Below are positions 41,297-53,007 of a stretch of 64,000 nucleotides of DNA, in pieces. The position numbers were made by a program, and so were the translations under genes. The notes under the pieces were generated by a model. It was not told the DNA's origin and did no database searches. It was given only the letters and a program-made list of their open reading frames with translations. The DNA is from Pseudomonadota bacterium (GTDB taxonomy: Bacteria; SZUA-182; DTGQ01), in assembly GCA_030625085.1 (NCBI GenBank), contig DAOURK010000004.1, positions 9,121 through 73,120 on the forward strand. Direction: 5' to 3'. Every line of letters begins with the position of its first letter. Positions within the stretch are counted from its first letter, which is position 1.

Positions 41297-41716
41297 TAAA
41301 CGAATTCAAAAAAACAATGGAAAAAATTTGACTGCAAGTTCCTTGCTTTATTCATTATTTCTTTAGCCTTAGCCTTAAACAGCTTGCTCTCTTCAATTCC
41401 AATTTTATAATTTTTTAAATTTATCAAAAATTCCTGTGTCCGGCCTTTATAATCTCTTATATTTTGCCCCCTTTGTCGGGCAAAACATGTGAAAAAAATT
41501 TCATATATCCTTGACAATACATTTGTCATTAGCTTATTTAACAAGGCATTACCTATGAATGAAATTGAATACATATCTATGAATCTCCTTGCATAGGCAC
41601 TCACCACGTATCCTCCATTGTCATAACAAATAAATTCTTCTATAATAAATATAATGTTAACTTCAATAAAATAATGTTAACTTCACTTAATTTTTTTTAA
41701 TTTTCACCTGTAATAA

Positions 41717-44290
41717 ATGTCTAAGGTATTGTTTCGGAATATGAATTTTCTCGTTCTTGCCTCCGTTTCTTATCTTTTTGGGGTCCTCTGGGGTTATTAT
41801 CCGACACACTATTTCCCCCCTCTTTTATTTACTCCCCTTTTCTTTATCCTGTTGAGCGGGACCTTCCTAGCTCTATCCAGATCCTTCAACCCCAAATTTC
41901 GCCAATTCCTTTTTATTATTTTGTTCTCTTCTGTGTTCCTTGGCCTGGGCTCTCTATTAATCCGAATAAATATCATTCAGATAGACGAGGTGCCATCACA
42001 TCGCCTTACGAACTATTTAACCCAAACCCTCAATTCTAACAAACCACCTATCAGCATAATTGGCCGCCTTGTAAAACCGCCGGAATACTTTTATAAAAAA
42101 ACCCGACTTCATCTAGCCGTACAAAAAATTATGTCCCCAGGACAAAATCTTATGACATCCGGAATCGTACGGCTCGATTGGTACAACCCAAAAAAAACGT
42201 GCCGATATTATGACACCGTCCAGGTAAAAGCCAGATTAAAACTCCCTCACGATTATAATAATCCAGGTTGCTTCCCATATTCCAATTACCTTCGCCAAAA
42301 GGATATTTTCGCCACCGGTTATATTAAAGATCTCTGTTTAGTTACTCCAGCAAGAAAGATTCCATGGTTCAAACAAATTCTTCGTCGAATTTATCAGTTG
42401 AGAAAAGATATCTCCGAAAATATTGAGAAAGTAACCTCCGGACCTGAATCTCTTCTTATGCAGGCCATTCTTTTAGGTGAAAGACAAAAGCTGTCCAAAC
42501 ACATTAAAACTACCTTTAGTGAAGCAGGTGTGGCTCACCTTTTATCTATCTCCGGTCTGCATCTTAGCATCCTGGCCATGGCCGCTTTTTTTTGCTTAAA
42601 ATTTATTTTTCACATCCTTCCGGATAAATGGTTCGAAATACTTACCTGTTTTGGTAAACCAACAAATTTGGCCGCTTTATTATCTATTCCCTTTATTATT
42701 TTCTATACCCTTTTAACCGGAAACAAAATCTCAACCATCCGTGCCTCCATTATGATTATTGCCTATTTCCTTTCCCTCCTTCTGGAAAAAGAAAAGGGCC
42801 TTTGGCAACCTCTCCTGCTGGCAGGCTTCTGCATTTTGCTTTGGCAGCCTGAGGCCCTGTTTATGGCCAATTTTCAATTAACCTTTCTGGCAACAGTAGG
42901 GATACTTTTTGTCCTGGAATATTTGCCCCATCACCCTCTAGTCTCTACTAAACGGGCGCCTGCCAGATTCCTTTTACGTTCCAAAGAATATTTTCTTTCC
43001 TCCTTATATATGTCTTTGATGGCTTTATTCATAACCAGTCCCTTAATCGCTTATTATTTTAATCTGATTTCCCCTGCAGGAATCATCACTAATCTTTTGG
43101 CTGTTCCTCTGATGAGCATCCTTCTTTGCCTGGGCCTGTCTTCAATTATACTTTTTCAGATATGGTCGGCCCCAGCCATTCTGCTTTTTCGTTTTGAAGC
43201 ATGGCTATGCTACCTGATAACTAGATTCAGCGCTTCAGTCACCAAAATCCCCCTGGCTTTCTTTTACGTTCCCTCACCCTCAAAGATTCATCTTTTAATA
43301 ATCTATGGTATTATGGCTACTTTTTTGATCATCTTTTGCCAATGGAATCCAAAATCTCCGCTAGTCAAAAAAAACTTATTTCTTATAGGTATCCTGGCTG
43401 GATTTTTTTTCCTACTCTTTTTCTGCACTCGCCCCTCCCCTTCTGTCATAAAAAATATGCGAGTTACCTTTCTTGATGTTGGTAAAGGGGATGCCTGTTT
43501 TATCCAGACTCCTGGGGGAAAAAATATTTTGATTGACGGGGGAGGCACCTATAATAACAAATTTGATATCGGAAGATATGTGGTTGCGCCCTACCTTTGG
43601 TCTAAAAGGGTCAAAAAAATCGACCTGATTATCCTTTCCCATCCCCATCCCGATCACTTACACGGTCTGCTGTTTATTCTCAAAAATTTTAAGGTAACTC
43701 AAATCTACAAAACAAAAGAACGATCCGATTCCACCGGTTATAAAATCTTTGAAGATATAACTAGGAGAAAAAAGATCCCTATACGGCATACGGCCAAAGG
43801 AGATCAATTTATAATGGATAACATTCTTATGGAAGTATTTGGCCCTGATGATCGGCTAAGTCCTTTGATAAACTTAAAAACCAGTAGTCGGGAAGAAAAT
43901 AACCGTTCCTTGGTGCTAAAAATATCTTATCAGCAAGTGAGTTTTTTATTTACCGGTGATATCGAGCGGGAAGCGGAAAAAGATCTGCTGGGATTTGGTG
44001 AAAAACTTCAATCCACTATCTTAAAGGTGCCCCACCATGGAAGCCGAAACTCCAGTTCAGACCCATTTTTGCAAATGGTATCGCCGCAAGCGGCTATCTT
44101 TTCAGCCAGAAAATACGGAAATCTGCTATTTCCCCATCCCGAGACTCTGGCGCGGTATCAAAACCTCCCCTGCCGGATTTACCGAACAGACCTTGATGGG
44201 GCTATTACGGTCGTTACCGACGGCGTCGACTTTACTATCACTACCAAAAACAAAACAAACCTTGAACAAAAAATCTTAACCGGGAGATAA
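41717..44290 (+). CDS. comEC: DNA internalization competence protein ComEC/Rec2
   Basis: GVAHLLSISGLH, FQLTF, FLDVGKGD, SHPHPDH, KVPHHGS, YRTDLDGAI. Confidence 0.94.
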   Translation: MSKVLFRNMNFLVLASVSYLFGVLWGYYPTHYFPPLLFTPLFFILLSGTFLALSRSFNPKFRQFLFIILFSSVFLGLGSLLIRINIIQIDEVPSHRLTNYLTQTLNSNKPPISIIGRLVKPPEYFYKKTRLHLAVQKIMSPGQNLMTSGIVRLDWYNPKKTCRYYDTVQVKARLKLPHDYNNPGCFPYSNYLRQKDIFATGYIKDLCLVTPARKIPWFKQILRRIYQLRKDISENIEKVTSGPESLLMQAILLGERQKLSKHIKTTFSEAGVAHLLSISGLHLSILAMAAFFCLKFIFHILPDKWFEILTCFGKPTNLAALLSIPFIIFYTLLTGNKISTIRASIMIIAYFLSLLLEKEKGLWQPLLLAGFCILLWQPEALFMANFQLTFLATVGILFVLEYLPHHPLVSTKRAPARFLLRSKEYFLSSLYMSLMALFITSPLIAYYFNLISPAGIITNLLAVPLMSILLCLGLSSIILFQIWSAPAILLFRFEAWLCYLITRFSASVTKIPLAFFYVPSPSKIHLLIIYGIMATFLIIFCQWNPKSPLVKKNLFLIGILAGFFFLLFFCTRPSPSVIKNMRVTFLDVGKGDACFIQTPGGKNILIDGGGTYNNKFDIGRYVVAPYLWSKRVKKIDLIILSHPHPDHLHGLLFILKNFKVTQIYKTKERSDSTGYKIFEDITRRKKIPIRHTAKGDQFIMDNILMEVFGPDDRLSPLINLKTSSREENNRSLVLKISYQQVSFLFTGDIEREAEKDLLGFGEKLQSTILKVPHHGSRNSSSDPFLQMVSPQAAIFSARKYGNLLFPHPETLARYQNLPCRIYRTDLDGAITVVTDGVDFTITTKNKTNLEQKILTGR

Positions 44291-44370
44291 TAATATGCCA
44301 TACTTAACCACCTCACGGACAAAATAAGCGGCAATGCTTATTTTACTTTAATTTTGGTGAATGGTTCGGC

Positions 44371-44425
44371 AAAAATTTTGACTTTTTCAATAAAATCTAT
44401 TTTTCAAAATGCGTTTTCATGGTAA
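44371..44425. repeat. Dispersed intergenic repeat (family E)
   Basis: Similar to 21837-21891; ends TTTTCATGGTAAA. Confidence 0.65.
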
Positions 44426-44461
44426 AAATTGCTGTCAAGTTGACCAAAAGGATTTTAAAAT

Positions 44462-45478
44462 ATGAAAATGATTAATATATATATCCCCCTCAGCCTCATT
44501 TTCTTATTCTTACTAACAATAATTACCCCGGGTACAATTTCCCCGGCCACAACTAAATTTAATCAGCAATCTCCTCTATCCTTATTACTTACTTCACCTG
44601 ATTGGTTTTCAGTCAAAACCCGCCATTTTGTTATCCGCTATACAGAGAAAGATACCTATTTTGCCCAAGAATTGAAAAATTTGGCTGAAAAATGTTTTGA
44701 CAATGTAACCAATCATATCGGCCTTTATCCCACCAAAAAAATCACCATTTATATAGCCGCCTCAAAAGAGACTTTTCTAAAGCTCCAACCCTCCCCATCA
44801 AAAATCAGTGCCCAGGTCGTTGGGCTTGCTTATCCGAATCTTCATCGGATATTGCTCTTATCTCCCAGAGCGATATCTTCGGGACATATTCAATTGAAAA
44901 AAATTTTTATTCATGAGCTAACCCATATTGTTTTGGGAGCAACGTATCAAAACAAATCCCCTGTTCATATACCCAAATGGTTCAATGAGGGATTGAGTAT
45001 GTATGAGGCTAAACAATGGAATTGGCAATATCGAATGCTTATGACTCGTATTTGTTTAAAAGGCGACATCATTTCTTTTCGTGAACTTGAACATTCATTT
45101 CCGGTTGATTCTATTCACCATATTAATATAGCCTATGCCCAAAGTTTTAGTTTGATTTCTTTTATCCTCAATAAATATGGTCAGGATTCTTTACGGGATA
45201 TCACCCGCGCTTTGATTCAAGGTGATAAAATTGATAAGGCTTTGAATAAAGTTATTGGTCTTGACCTTTATGGATTGGAAATTATTTGGAAAAAACATCT
45301 TCGTTTAATCTATACTTGGGTCCCCGTCCTGACCAGTTCCCTGAGCCTATGGTTTGTGATAAGCCTTATCTTTCTTCTGGTTTACTATCAAAAAAAACGC
45401 ACCTCCAAGGCCAAACTTTATGCTTGGGAAGAAGAGGAAATCGAGGAATGGCTAAAAAAAGAATTAAATGACTTATAA
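44462..45478 (+). CDS. Membrane-anchored zinc metallopeptidase (peptidase MA-like domain)
   Basis: HELTH...PKWFNEGL, AYAQS; signal peptide and C-terminal TM helix. Confidence 0.82.
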   Translation: MKMINIYIPLSLIFLFLLTIITPGTISPATTKFNQQSPLSLLLTSPDWFSVKTRHFVIRYTEKDTYFAQELKNLAEKCFDNVTNHIGLYPTKKITIYIAASKETFLKLQPSPSKISAQVVGLAYPNLHRILLLSPRAISSGHIQLKKIFIHELTHIVLGATYQNKSPVHIPKWFNEGLSMYEAKQWNWQYRMLMTRICLKGDIISFRELEHSFPVDSIHHINIAYAQSFSLISFILNKYGQDSLRDITRALIQGDKIDKALNKVIGLDLYGLEIIWKKHLRLIYTWVPVLTSSLSLWFVISLIFLLVYYQKKRTSKAKLYAWEEEEIEEWLKKELNDL

Positions 45479-45649
45479 GAGATCAATAACCAATGCTTAA
45501 AAAAAGTAAAAATAAAAATAAAAAAATTCTAGACACTTAATAATAGCTTATAAATCATAAAAAATAATAGAATAAATAAATATTCTAAAAAAAAAGGGGA
45601 CATTTATCCCAGATTCCTTTAAATCAGCTCTAACCCCCCATTTTTCAGC

Positions 45650-45706
45650 TTGCATTTTGTTTACAAGAAAAATATAGTATTAGCACTCACTTCGAACGAG
45701 TGCTAA
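45650..45706 (+). promoter_or_regulatory. Sigma70 promoter plus CIRCE operator for groESL
   Basis: TTGCAT-N17-TATAGT (45650-45678) followed by perfect TTAGCACTC-N9-GAGTGCTAA (45680-45706). Confidence 0.94.
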
Positions 45707-45890
45707 TAATTTTTAGAATATGGTGAGAAAGGGGGTGCCGTAAAAAATTTAACAATTCATTTTTTTGATTTATCTTATTCATCTTGCATTATCTTATTTA
45801 TCTTACCAAAAAGCATTGTAAGGTTATTGCTTTAAGGTTATTGGGTCATAATAAAGAAAAAAACAGTTTAAGAAAGGATAGCTTAACATT

Positions 45891-46181
45891 ATGAATCTAA
45901 AACCATTACAAGACAGACTTCTGGTAAAACGCATTGAAATTGGGGAACAGGTCAAAGGAGGCATTATCATCCCGGATACGGCTAAAGAAAAGCCTATGGA
46001 GGGAAAGGTTATAGCAGTTGGCGGCGGCAAAGTAAAAGAAGATGGGTTCAAAATAACCATGGATGTTAAAGTAGGGGATCGTATCCTTTTTGGAAAATAC
46101 GGCGGCACCGAAGTCAAGATTGATGATGAAGAATACTTAATTATGCGCGAAGACGAAGTCTTAGGAATTATAGAGGGTTAA
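45891..46181 (+). CDS. groES: Co-chaperonin GroES
   Basis: [30 protein letters not shown]. Confidence 0.97.
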   Translation: MNLKPLQDRLLVKRIEIGEQVKGGIIIPDTAKEKPMEGKVIAVGGGKVKEDGFKITMDVKVGDRILFGKYGGTEVKIDDEEYLIMREDEVLGIIEG

Positions 46182-46211
46182 TGAAAAATTTTTACCTATT
46201 ATTAATTTTAA

Positions 46212-47885
<1,674 letters not shown>

Positions 47886-47922
47886 TAGCCCATCAACCAT
47901 AACCGGATTATCTTAAAAAATA

Positions 47923-47960
47923 AAGGCCCCTCTTCACTATTGAGGGGCCTTATCCATTTT
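47923..47960 (+). terminator. Intrinsic terminator after groEL
   Basis: Stem AAGGCCCCTC / GAGGGGCCTT. Confidence 0.75.
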
Positions 47961-48249
47961 ATGAAATGTATTATTAAGCTTAAATTTACGTGGACAGAAA
48001 CTCGCAAGAATCATGATGCAAAAAAATAACTAACAGGAAAAGTTTTTCATACTCAGTCTCTATTTTTTATTCTTAATATCAATATGTAATTTTATCTCCC
48101 TGTCGGATTTAACCAATCAATTTCTTTTTTTTTTACCATTTTTAAAATGCATTAAATCCTTGACCTGAGCTTTATTCTAACTTATCCCTCAATCACCCAA
48201 AAAATATTTTTACAGTAAAATTTTTCGACCGGAAGATTAGCTAAAAATC

Positions 48250-48265
48250 TGGCAATCATATTGCA
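48250..48265 (+). promoter_or_regulatory. Sigma54 -24/-12 promoter
   Basis: CTGGCAATCATATTGCATATC (GG-N10-GC), oriented toward the pgsA-like/sigma70 pair. Confidence 0.7.
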
Positions 48266-48324
48266 TATCTATAGAAAAGAAAACAATCGATGAGCAGTAT
48301 CTATTTTCTGTTAATGTTAAAATT

Positions 48325-48425
48325 GATGCATTCGTAAAAAATCGTTTTTAGAAAATTTGGGTTGCATAAATTCAAGAAGTTATGCTGTACACATACCCCC
48401 ATTTTGGACTTTTTACGAGAGCATC
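48325..48425 (+). mobile_element. 101-bp MITE, subfamily B
   Basis: TIR GATGCATTCGTAAAAA...TTTTTACGAGAGCATC; perfect 6-bp duplication AAAATT. Confidence 0.85.
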
Positions 48426-48613
48426 AAAATTGCTTTGATAATAAAAAAAATTTTAAACGATAATCAATGAATTATTTTTTCATGGTATGGAGAATGGAAA
48501 AAACCTAAAGGATTTAATCAAGGGATTTTAAGATAAAAGATTAGAAACTTAACAGGTCAGGAGGATTAACGAGGTTATTTAATGAGTAATAATTTTAATA
48601 TTTTTTAATACTT

Positions 48614-48714
48614 GATGCAATCGTAAAAAGTCAGATTTATAAAAACAGTGTCTAATAAAATCAGATAGTTATAATAATTGAAATGGTTAATTTGGGACTT
48701 TTTACGAGATCATC
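48614..48714 (+). mobile_element. 101-bp MITE, subfamily C
   Basis: TIR GATGCAATCGTAAAAAGTC...GACTTTTTACGAGATCATC; perfect 7-bp duplication AATACTT. Confidence 0.87.
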
Positions 48715-48802
48715 AATACTTGGTCATTTATTATTTATATTATTAACCAATTATGTTAAAAAATATTAAAATCTTAGGTTAGGTAAGGAGATTGAGTAAA
48801 AA

Positions 48803-49429
48803 ATGCTGGCTAGATATATAAAACCCTCTTTAGAAAAAATATTACTTCCGATCAGTAAAAAAATTCCGAATATTCTTACCCCAAACCATCTCTCGTTTTT
48901 TGGATCATTCCTTAATCTTGTGGTTGGAACTGTTTTCGCGTTGGGTAAAGTTCAATTAGCCGGTTTTCTCCTTCTGGTAGCCGGATTTTTCGATTTACTT
49001 GATGGGGCATATGCCCGATTTCTCGGTCAAGCAAAAAAATTTGGGGCCTTCTGGGACTCAGTACTCGATCGTTATTCCGACCTTTTCATTATAGGAGGGA
49101 TTATCTTCTATTTTGCCAGAGCCCATCAATCAACCTATGTTCTCTTAAGTATTCTAACCTTGGCCGGGTTTGTCACGATAAGCTACGCTAAAGCGAGGGC
49201 GGAAAATATCATAAAATCTTGTGATACCGGCCTCATGGAAAGGCCGGAAAGGATACTCGTTCTTTCAGCAGGTTCAATACTAAATAGTCTCAAGCCAACT
49301 ATGTGGATTTTAACTTTTTTATGCCACCAGACCGCCATCCAACGGATATGGTACACCTATCGACAAATCAAATATGAAGAGACAAAAGAAAAAACAGCGC
49401 GGATAAGCAAAGGAGAGGGAACTGTATAA
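48803..49429 (+). CDS. CDP-alcohol phosphatidyltransferase (PgsA-like)
   Basis: TPNHLS and DLLDGAYAR...[13 protein letters not shown] signature; multiple TM segments. Confidence 0.9.
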   Translation: MLARYIKPSLEKILLPISKKIPNILTPNHLSFFGSFLNLVVGTVFALGKVQLAGFLLLVAGFFDLLDGAYARFLGQAKKFGAFWDSVLDRYSDLFIIGGIIFYFARAHQSTYVLLSILTLAGFVTISYAKARAENIIKSCDTGLMERPERILVLSAGSILNSLKPTMWILTFLCHQTAIQRIWYTYRQIKYEETKEKTARISKGEGTV

Positions 49430-50418
49430 TGGAAGCCTATGACTCTTACAAAATCTTTTTCAATAAAGATTCTAATTGTCTGGATATTATAGATGAAGAT
49501 GCAATGCTTGAAGAATCTTTAAAAAATACTTCAAACTTAGATTCCAGTATAAAACTTGAGGAAAAACAAAAGACATTCTTTGAAGAATGCGACAATCAAG
49601 TACGTTCCTACCTCAGAGAAATTGGGCGGGTCCCTCTTTTAAGCAAAGAGCAGGAAATTAATATCGCCAAAAGCATTGCTAAGGGCAATGAAAAAGCCAA
49701 GGAGTTACTGATCAAAGCTAATTTACGCCTTGTAGTAAGTATTGCTAAAAAATACCTCAACAGTGGCCTGCCATTTTTAGATCTGGTTCAGGAAGGCAAT
49801 ATTGGTTTAATGAAGGCTGTAGACAAATTTGATTACCGTAAAGGGTGTAAATTCAGTACCTATGCTATCTGGTGGATTCGTCAATCAATCACCAGGGCCC
49901 TGGCGGATAAAGGGCGGACTATCCGCATCCCGGTTCATACCCTTGACGCTATTAAAACTATGATGAAAAGCCATCAAAAATTGATACAAAAAATAAAAAA
50001 AGAACCTACCCTTTCAGAAATCGCTTATGATATGGGGGTACCTGTCCAAAAAATCTACAACTTAGTTGGAATTATCAAAAATCCCATTTCGGTAGAAACA
50101 CCTCTAGATGAATTGGGAAACTACAACATTGTCGATTATATCGAAGATAAAAATAGCGCATCCCCAATGGACATAGTTATTGATTGCAATTTGATAGAGC
50201 AAATGCAAAAGGTCCTTAAGACATTAACAAAACGCGAAAAAATAATTATTGAAATGCGATACGGAATTGGCAACAATAAAGAACAGACACTGGAAGAGAT
50301 TGGTAGATACTTTCATCTAACCAGAGAAAGAATACGTCAAATTGAGGAAAGGGCCCTGCAAAGACTAAAACAACCAAATAGAGTTACACCATTGATGGAC
50401 TTTATTACCAAATCATAA
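49429..50418 (+). CDS. Sigma70-family factor, RpoD/RpoS-like but lacking region 1.1 (group 2-like)
   Basis: [59 protein letters not shown]...TRERIRQIE; TAATG overlap with the upstream gene. Confidence 0.92.
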   Translation: MEAYDSYKIFFNKDSNCLDIIDEDAMLEESLKNTSNLDSSIKLEEKQKTFFEECDNQVRSYLREIGRVPLLSKEQEINIAKSIAKGNEKAKELLIKANLRLVVSIAKKYLNSGLPFLDLVQEGNIGLMKAVDKFDYRKGCKFSTYAIWWIRQSITRALADKGRTIRIPVHTLDAIKTMMKSHQKLIQKIKKEPTLSEIAYDMGVPVQKIYNLVGIIKNPISVETPLDELGNYNIVDYIEDKNSASPMDIVIDCNLIEQMQKVLKTLTKREKIIIEMRYGIGNNKEQTLEEIGRYFHLTRERIRQIEERALQRLKQPNRVTPLMDFITKS

Positions 50419-50605
50419 TTAAGGGACTTAATAGCTCAAAGATTGGAAAAACAAAAAATGAATCCCTTTCATTTCTCTTTGGGTCCCTCATTAACTCCCC
50501 ATTAATTTCTCAAGTTTTCCCTATAAAATTCCATGCCAGCATAAAATCTATTTTAAAAGGTATATTCCAAATATTTTAACATATTTTAAAATATACTCCT
50601 CCTAG

Positions 50606-50760
50606 GAGGCTGCCCGAGAACTGATCAAAGTTGTCTAATAGAGCGGAGCGAGAAAACTTATCGTATTTAAAATAAAAAACTTTTAGATTTCTCCCGGAGT
50701 TTACACTGAACATAGTGAATGTGGTCAAAATGACAGAAAAAGGCTTTCTGTTAGACAATT
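50606..50760. mobile_element. Family A element, inverted and partly decayed copy
   Basis: CTAG-GAGGCTGCCCGAGAACTGATCAAAGTTGTC... is the near reverse complement of the right end of 8125-8255; carries an extra insert (GAGTTTACACTGAACATAGTGAATGTG). Confidence 0.7.
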
Positions 50761-50810
50761 TATTGTCACAGAAGCCGAACTTGCGGTCAATTTTCTCATT
50801 ACCAAATAAT

Positions 50811-50911
50811 GATAATCTCGTAAAAAGCCCCAAATTAACCATCTCAACTATTATAACTATCTAGTTTTATTAGACACTGTTTTTATAAATTTGATTTTTT
50901 ACGATTGCATC
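50811..50911 (-). mobile_element. 101-bp MITE, subfamily C
   Basis: Reverse complement of 48614-48714; perfect 7-bp duplication AAATAAT. Confidence 0.87.
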
Positions 50912-51035
50912 AAATAATGGATTTATTCCATAAAAAATCCGAAAATAATTTAAACAAAATTACTACAAACATATTGATAGTTAAAATCAAATATAGTACA
51001 ATCTGTTTAATATCTTAAAAAAGGAGAAACAAGTT

Positions 51036-52496
51036 ATGAATCAAAAGAAAATCATTATTCCGACAATTATTATTTCTTGTCTCATTTCTATTCTTATGGG
51101 TATTATCATCGCCGCAAATTTTAACTGGACCAAAAGCAGTATTGCTTTACAGGAAAAGGCGTCCCTGAAACAGAAAGAACTTTCACAAGAAGCTTTCATT
51201 CCTGGAAATACTTTTGTCAATATTGCCAAAGAAATAAATCCCGCAGTTGTATATATTAGTTCCACTCAGGTTATTAAAGGTTTTAGGTTTCATACGCCCC
51301 TAAAAGATCCTTTTCGCGATTTTTTTGGAGATGATTTTTTTGATAAATTTTTCGGAATACCTAAGGGTGAGCTTAAACAAAAAAGCTTAGGTTCCGGTTT
51401 TATTATCAGCCAAGACGGTTATATTTTCACCAACTATCACGTTGTAAAAGATGCTGAAGATATTAAAATTACTCTATCAAACAAAAATGAATATGATGGC
51501 AAGGTAGTTGGGTATGATCAAGATATGGATATTGCCCTCCTTAAAATAGAGACCAAAGAAGAACTTCCTACAGTCAGACTGGGTGATTCAAGTAAATTGC
51601 AAATTGGGGAATGGGTGGTAGCCATCGGAAATCCTTTTGGTTTGGAACATACAGTAACAGCAGGAATCGTGAGCGCTAAATGGAGATCCATCGGGCAGGG
51701 GCCGTATAATTCATTTATTCAAACCGATGCCTCCATTAATCCGGGTAACAGCGGAGGACCTCTGATTAATTTGGCTGGAGAAGTGGTTGGTATCAATACT
51801 GCTATCACGGCTGAAGGACAAGGAATCGGTTTTGCCATACCCATTAATATGGTTAAGGGGGCCCTGCAGGAGCTAAAAGAAAAGGGGAAGATTACACGAG
51901 GCTGGTTAGGACTTATGATTCAAAAAGTTACACCTGATTTAGCCAAATCCTTTGGTTTGAAAAAAAATAAAGGGGCCTTGGTGGCGGATGTAGTGGAAAA
52001 TAGCCCTGCAGAAAAAGCAGGCATCCAGCAAGGTGATGTCATTGTTTCCTTTGATGGGAAAGAAATTAATGAATATGTTGACCTCTCTAGATATGCCGGC
52101 CTCACTCAACCGGGGAAAAAAATACGACTGGAAATCATCCGGGATATGAAAAAAAAGGAAATAACCGTGAAGATAGCTGTTTTTCCTGATGAAGAAAAAA
52201 TCTCTCAAGCTCCTGTAGAAACCGAATTGGGTATGAGTGTACAGGATATTACCCCAGAGTTGGCTGAACATTTTAATTTATCGGAAACAACCGGGGTGCT
52301 GATCACCAACATTGTCCCCGACAGCCCTGCGGACAAGGCTAATATCCGAAGAGGAGATATTATTGTTGAGGTGGATAAGCAAAAGGTAAAGAATGTAAAA
52401 CAATTTAAAAAAGTAGTGAAAAAAAATAAAAAAACTTTACTCTTTCTTGTAAAGCGGGGAGAACACTTGCTCTATACGGCTATTAAGAAAAAATAA
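51036..52496 (+). CDS. degP: DegP/DegQ (HtrA) serine endoprotease with two PDZ domains
   Basis: GSGFII, TNYHVV, DIALL, QTDASINPGNSGGPL. Confidence 0.93.
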   Translation: MNQKKIIIPTIIISCLISILMGIIIAANFNWTKSSIALQEKASLKQKELSQEAFIPGNTFVNIAKEINPAVVYISSTQVIKGFRFHTPLKDPFRDFFGDDFFDKFFGIPKGELKQKSLGSGFIISQDGYIFTNYHVVKDAEDIKITLSNKNEYDGKVVGYDQDMDIALLKIETKEELPTVRLGDSSKLQIGEWVVAIGNPFGLEHTVTAGIVSAKWRSIGQGPYNSFIQTDASINPGNSGGPLINLAGEVVGINTAITAEGQGIGFAIPINMVKGALQELKEKGKITRGWLGLMIQKVTPDLAKSFGLKKNKGALVADVVENSPAEKAGIQQGDVIVSFDGKEINEYVDLSRYAGLTQPGKKIRLEIIRDMKKKEITVKIAVFPDEEKISQAPVETELGMSVQDITPELAEHFNLSETTGVLITNIVPDSPADKANIRRGDIIVEVDKQKVKNVKQFKKVVKKNKKTLLFLVKRGEHLLYTAIKKK

Positions 52497-52603
52497 ACCC
52501 TAACTTGCTTTGCTCACTATTATTTTGATGCTGGTATTTTGATACCGGTTAACATATTGTGATAATGTCGGTTTAATTTGGATTTGGGCAAATTTGGGTT
52601 AAG

Positions 52604-52708
52604 TCAATTGGTAATAGAATTTCCAAAAGTGCACATATTTGCTAATGCCGCAGCTATGGCTAATCCGATTACACCCGCACCAATTATGGTAATTTCAACT
52701 TTACCCAT
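52604..52708 (-). pseudogene. 34-codon remnant of an FAD-dependent oxidoreductase N-terminus
   Basis: Reads MGKVEITIIGAGVIGLAIAAALANMCTFGNSITN* with a Rossmann GxGxxG motif, then stops. Confidence 0.6.
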
Positions 52709-53007
52709 GAATATGTTTATCCCTAAAAGGAATAGTATAGTATGGAGGAAAGGCATTTTTATCTAATCCGTGAAGCCCTTTTTTATTAAATTCAGATAAA
52801 TTCAAATTTATTTCTTAGCCGACGTATTCAGTGTGCTTTCGGTAAGCCTGCACAAGCCAAAAAAATTTTAATTGGCGCGTTATTCCTTCTTTCGGCACCA
52901 ATAAAACAAATAAAATCGATAAAAAAAAGAACCCGCTCTATAAAAAAAGGAAAACGAATAAAGTTAATGCTAAAATAAAAATTTCATTCCCATAGGAGGA
53001 TCAAACC

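Noticed and set aside
41227-41607. 126-aa minus-strand ORF upstream of the 735-aa gene
   Set aside because: No recognisable motif or RBS, and it runs over the sigma54 promoter and putative enhancer; probably a chance ORF.
50524-50540. Fourth sigma54-like motif (minus strand CTGGCATGGAATTTTAT)
   Set aside because: Good -24 half, but the -12 GC is missing and no gene lies downstream on that strand.
50576-50842. 88-aa minus-strand ORF
   Set aside because: Lies over family A and subfamily C repeats and has no protein-like features.
48614-50911. Composite transposon or invertible segment formed by two inverted subfamily C MITEs around the pgsA-like/sigma genes
   Set aside because: Each MITE keeps its own matching target duplication (AATACTT and AAATAAT), indicating independent insertions with no joint movement or inversion.
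52520-52606. Selenocysteine read-through of the TGA ending the Rossmann mini-ORF
   Set aside because: The continuation is short, not enzyme-like and shows no SECIS-type hairpin. No selenoprotein candidate was evident elsewhere in the window.
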